NCBI GenBank assembly: GCA_051294905.1
Contig: CM119372.1
Coordinates: forward strand, 3,226,001-3,290,000
Direction of reading: 5' to 3'
Source of the DNA: Botryllus schlosseri
Lineage: Eukaryota
Length of the DNA stretch: 64,000 nt
Shown here: piece by piece, positions 61,170-64,000 of the stretch
Layout: each line of letters begins with the position of its first letter
How positions within the stretch are numbered: position 1 is the stretch's first letter
Program-made: the position numbers and the translations under genes
The notes under the pieces: model-generated
Told to the model about the DNA's origin: nothing
Databases searched by the model: none
What the model saw: the letters and a program-made list of their open reading frames with translations, nothing else

Positions 61170-61855
61170 CTACCGCTAGTCAAGATATTCACCCTCAGTC
61201 GATATGGCAGGCAGATTTGGAATCAAGTCACCGCCTTCGATTCGCGATTTACCTCTAGTCCAGTGGCTGTTATTAACCGTTACTCAAGCGAACGCCATGT
61301 GTTTGAAATGCCAGTTTCAGGGGGTGAGCTGGAGGTCAAGTCACAGTCCCGACTCATTAAGTAGAATTCACACTGATCTGCAGTAAATATTCGTTATAAT
61401 GTTCTTGTGTCGTGTGAAAAATTATGTTTTAATGGTATTGTTCATTTAACACTATTGTCGATGCGCAGTTAATTTTGTACAGCAGTAGTAGCTTATAGTA
61501 CTGTATTAGGTGTGTAATGTGGTACATTTTTGTATCGTGACGCGTCGAAATTTTTGGGCTCGTCGAAGCCTTGCAGATTAGCGTAAGGGCTCGACAGGTT
61601 AGTTAAAATTGAGAACCTCTGTTGAAGTCAATGCTGGGCGTAGGTCTTATCTGGACTCAAGTCATGTGATTTTCAATATTTTGAAGCCAGGTCTCGCAAA
61701 TTTGAATAGTGACCGGAATCAGGTCAAGTCGAGACATATCATACTGTAAGATTTCAAGCCAATTTCCGAGTCAGCAAATATTTTCCGGTTACGTCGTTGA
61801 AGTTGATGGGAGTATGTAGATTCAGATGCATATATATCCATAATACACTCTATAG

Positions 61856-62830
61856 CTGTGGTTCACAACCGGGGGTCCATGAATCCTCCAAATTTGCAAC
61901 ATGGTTGATAGCCTGATTTTCTATTTGCAGTTGTCAGTCTTAGCAAATTGGTTAAACTGTCGTTTGAAATAGATATTTCTGAAGTTGTTTCCTAATCTGT
62001 AACAAAGGGGTTGAAACCTCACCACAAAGCCTCTTTTCTCCTGCGATATTCGTAATCACTATATTCAAGAGATGTGTCACTGGATAGAAATGACCGGGGC
62101 GGAGTTGATATGTCTACTAAAAAGATCGTACTTTTTGTTGATGGAGATAGCGTAGTGGTGCGCGTCGGCGCCATCCAAGCAGGCCGCCCGGTATCGATTC
62201 CAGACAGGCCGCCCGGGATCGATTCCGGACGTCGGACGCTATTCTGGGCTTCTCTTCTCCCGTGTGGTTGTTCTTACGGCGTCAAAAAAGCCCAGAAAAA
62301 AGCCCAGAAAAAAAGCCCGATACGGAAATAGATAGAGCAAGAAATAGCTTCTAAAGAAAGAAAAACATCGCCAGTTCAGTTGATCGTTCGGCATCCCCCT
62401 ATCTGTCCGTTACATCGCATTGTGTGTCTTGTAAATTGCGTGTGTATGCGTCTTGGGCAGATTAAAATATAATCTGTCGATTGATTGATGTCGGGATCAT
62501 ACCCATAGAGGTGTAGTTGGAAGCGTTAGACGTTAGTATTCAATTCACCCCCCCCCCCCCATCCGTCTATGTTTGTGGAAATGGATTTTCGGCTAGCGGT
62601 AATATCAATTCAAGACACATAACCACGTATTTCAAGAAATGAAGCTGCAGCATTCGCTTCGAAATAACAGAGGTCTACACAATTGCTACCTAAAGTATGA
62701 TGATATTTCCGTGTTTACCACTAGCATGCAGGAAATACTATGATAATTGAGCTAAACTTGAACTAAATTTATTTCGGGGGTCCGCAAGGGTCCGTGGGGT
62801 CCGCGAAGAAAAAAAGATTGAGAACCACTG
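61856..62830. mobile_element. hAT MITE containing a SINE
   Basis: Ends CTGTGGTTCACAAC ... TTGAGAACCACTG with GGGGTCC subterminal motifs. Confidence 0.6.
62138..62490 (+). mobile_element. tRNA-derived SINE
   Basis: A box TAGCGTAGTGG, duplicated B-box-like ATCGATTCC, and short (GATT)n tail. Confidence 0.55.
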
Positions 62831-63084
62831 GCCTACGAGCTAGCGGTATAATACGCCAAGCTTGATATGACGATGCGACCGGAAGCAATGATCTACATCT
62901 TGGTAAAATTAGTTATGGAGTTAGTTTGCGGTTCATTTAGGGCCTCTTATTTAGGCTTAGCATTGCTGGACTGCTCAGTGAATCTTCGAACTACATCGTA
63001 ATATTTTGGCATCATTTGACCGAATTGTCACTTAGCTTGTGTCAGGTGTCGCTAACTCATTACGCGGAAAGATCGCTCAACCTG

Positions 63085-63395
63085 CCCTTGTTGTTGTTGT
63101 TTGTGGTATTCATGGTGTTTGTCGACTACATCCTATGGTAATTTACACCAAGCACCTTTTTCATTTTCTTTGCGTAGCTGCCGACTTTATAGTACGGTCC
63201 ACTTCTAGGCTTTTATAAGACACCGCTTACACGGATGAGATGGAGAGACCGATGAGGAGGAGCCTATAGATAAACCTCTGAAACTTAGGTAGGAACTCTG
63301 GAGTCGACCTCGGTCGGACTCGAACCCGAAACCCATTGGTGTTGCAGCTGTAGATGATAGCATTACGATATTTCGCCCCCTCAACCAACCGACCA
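63085..63395 (-). mobile_element. tRNA-related SINE with (AAC)n tail
   Basis: Homologous to 56265-56578. Confidence 0.65.
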
Positions 63396-64000
63396 ACCTC
63401 TTCTAGCAGGCCTTATTTGCAACAAAATTCTCTATGGATGTCGTGATGCCGTGAATGATAGCAAGTCGGAACTTACATAATTGTAATCAGCAATGTTATA
63501 GGATTACTGCAAAATTCTGATATTACGCGAAAGTTTTCACTGGGTGGAACCTACCAAGGTGCTTTGGCGAACGCGAACCTCTAAATTATCGAAATACTCA
63601 TACTGGCCACGAACCATACGTCCGAAACGTTTTTATTACAGACCCCTCAATGCATAATGGATAATGTTAAATCTGTGTTAATATCCCAGTGGATAAGGGC
63701 GCGCAGATCCACATCTCTTTCTGTTACATCAGATCATGCCGGTCCGAATTCAATTCTAATAAAGTTATTTGTACATTATGTATAAATGCATACCCGTATA
63801 TGCAATCTGCATTTATAAATCGACCTAAAAATCGGTTACTTTTTCTCAAGTTTAGTATTTCATCGCTCTTACGTAGGTCCGTACATTCAAAGCGATTATA
63901 TTACATTGAAATATTGAGCATACGACCTTTATTTATTCATGTTTTGACGAATAAATACTGTTTTTATTCGCCGAATACATATAATCAGTATGTTCATGAA

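Overview
Eukaryotic, repeat-dense animal DNA (AT-rich, GT-AG introns, no obvious CpG depletion; probably a marine invertebrate, species not determinable here). Host genes assembled by hand from splice sites: a complete six-coding-exon CHMP5 (ESCRT-III) gene at 20206-25355 (+); the first two coding exons of a rolling stone-like membrane protein (-, running off the window start); and a six-exon type I membrane protein at 55445-61169 (+, 5' end unresolved) with a divergent CUB-like ectodomain and a tyrosine-motif-rich tail. Much of the rest is mobile DNA: many hAT-type MITEs with 8-bp TSDs, several nested; a 5'-truncated CR1/L2-group LINE and LINE 3' fragments; tRNA-derived SINEs; two Penelope-like remnants carrying minimal hammerhead ribozyme motifs; and a young non-autonomous Gypsy-like LTR element with non-canonical TT...AA termini inside a three-level transposon nest. 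A decayed, locally duplicated gene with possible KH/Tudor remnants lies at 25.9-30.8 kb and 39.7-40.7 kb. All comparisons were made by eye; no database searches were run.
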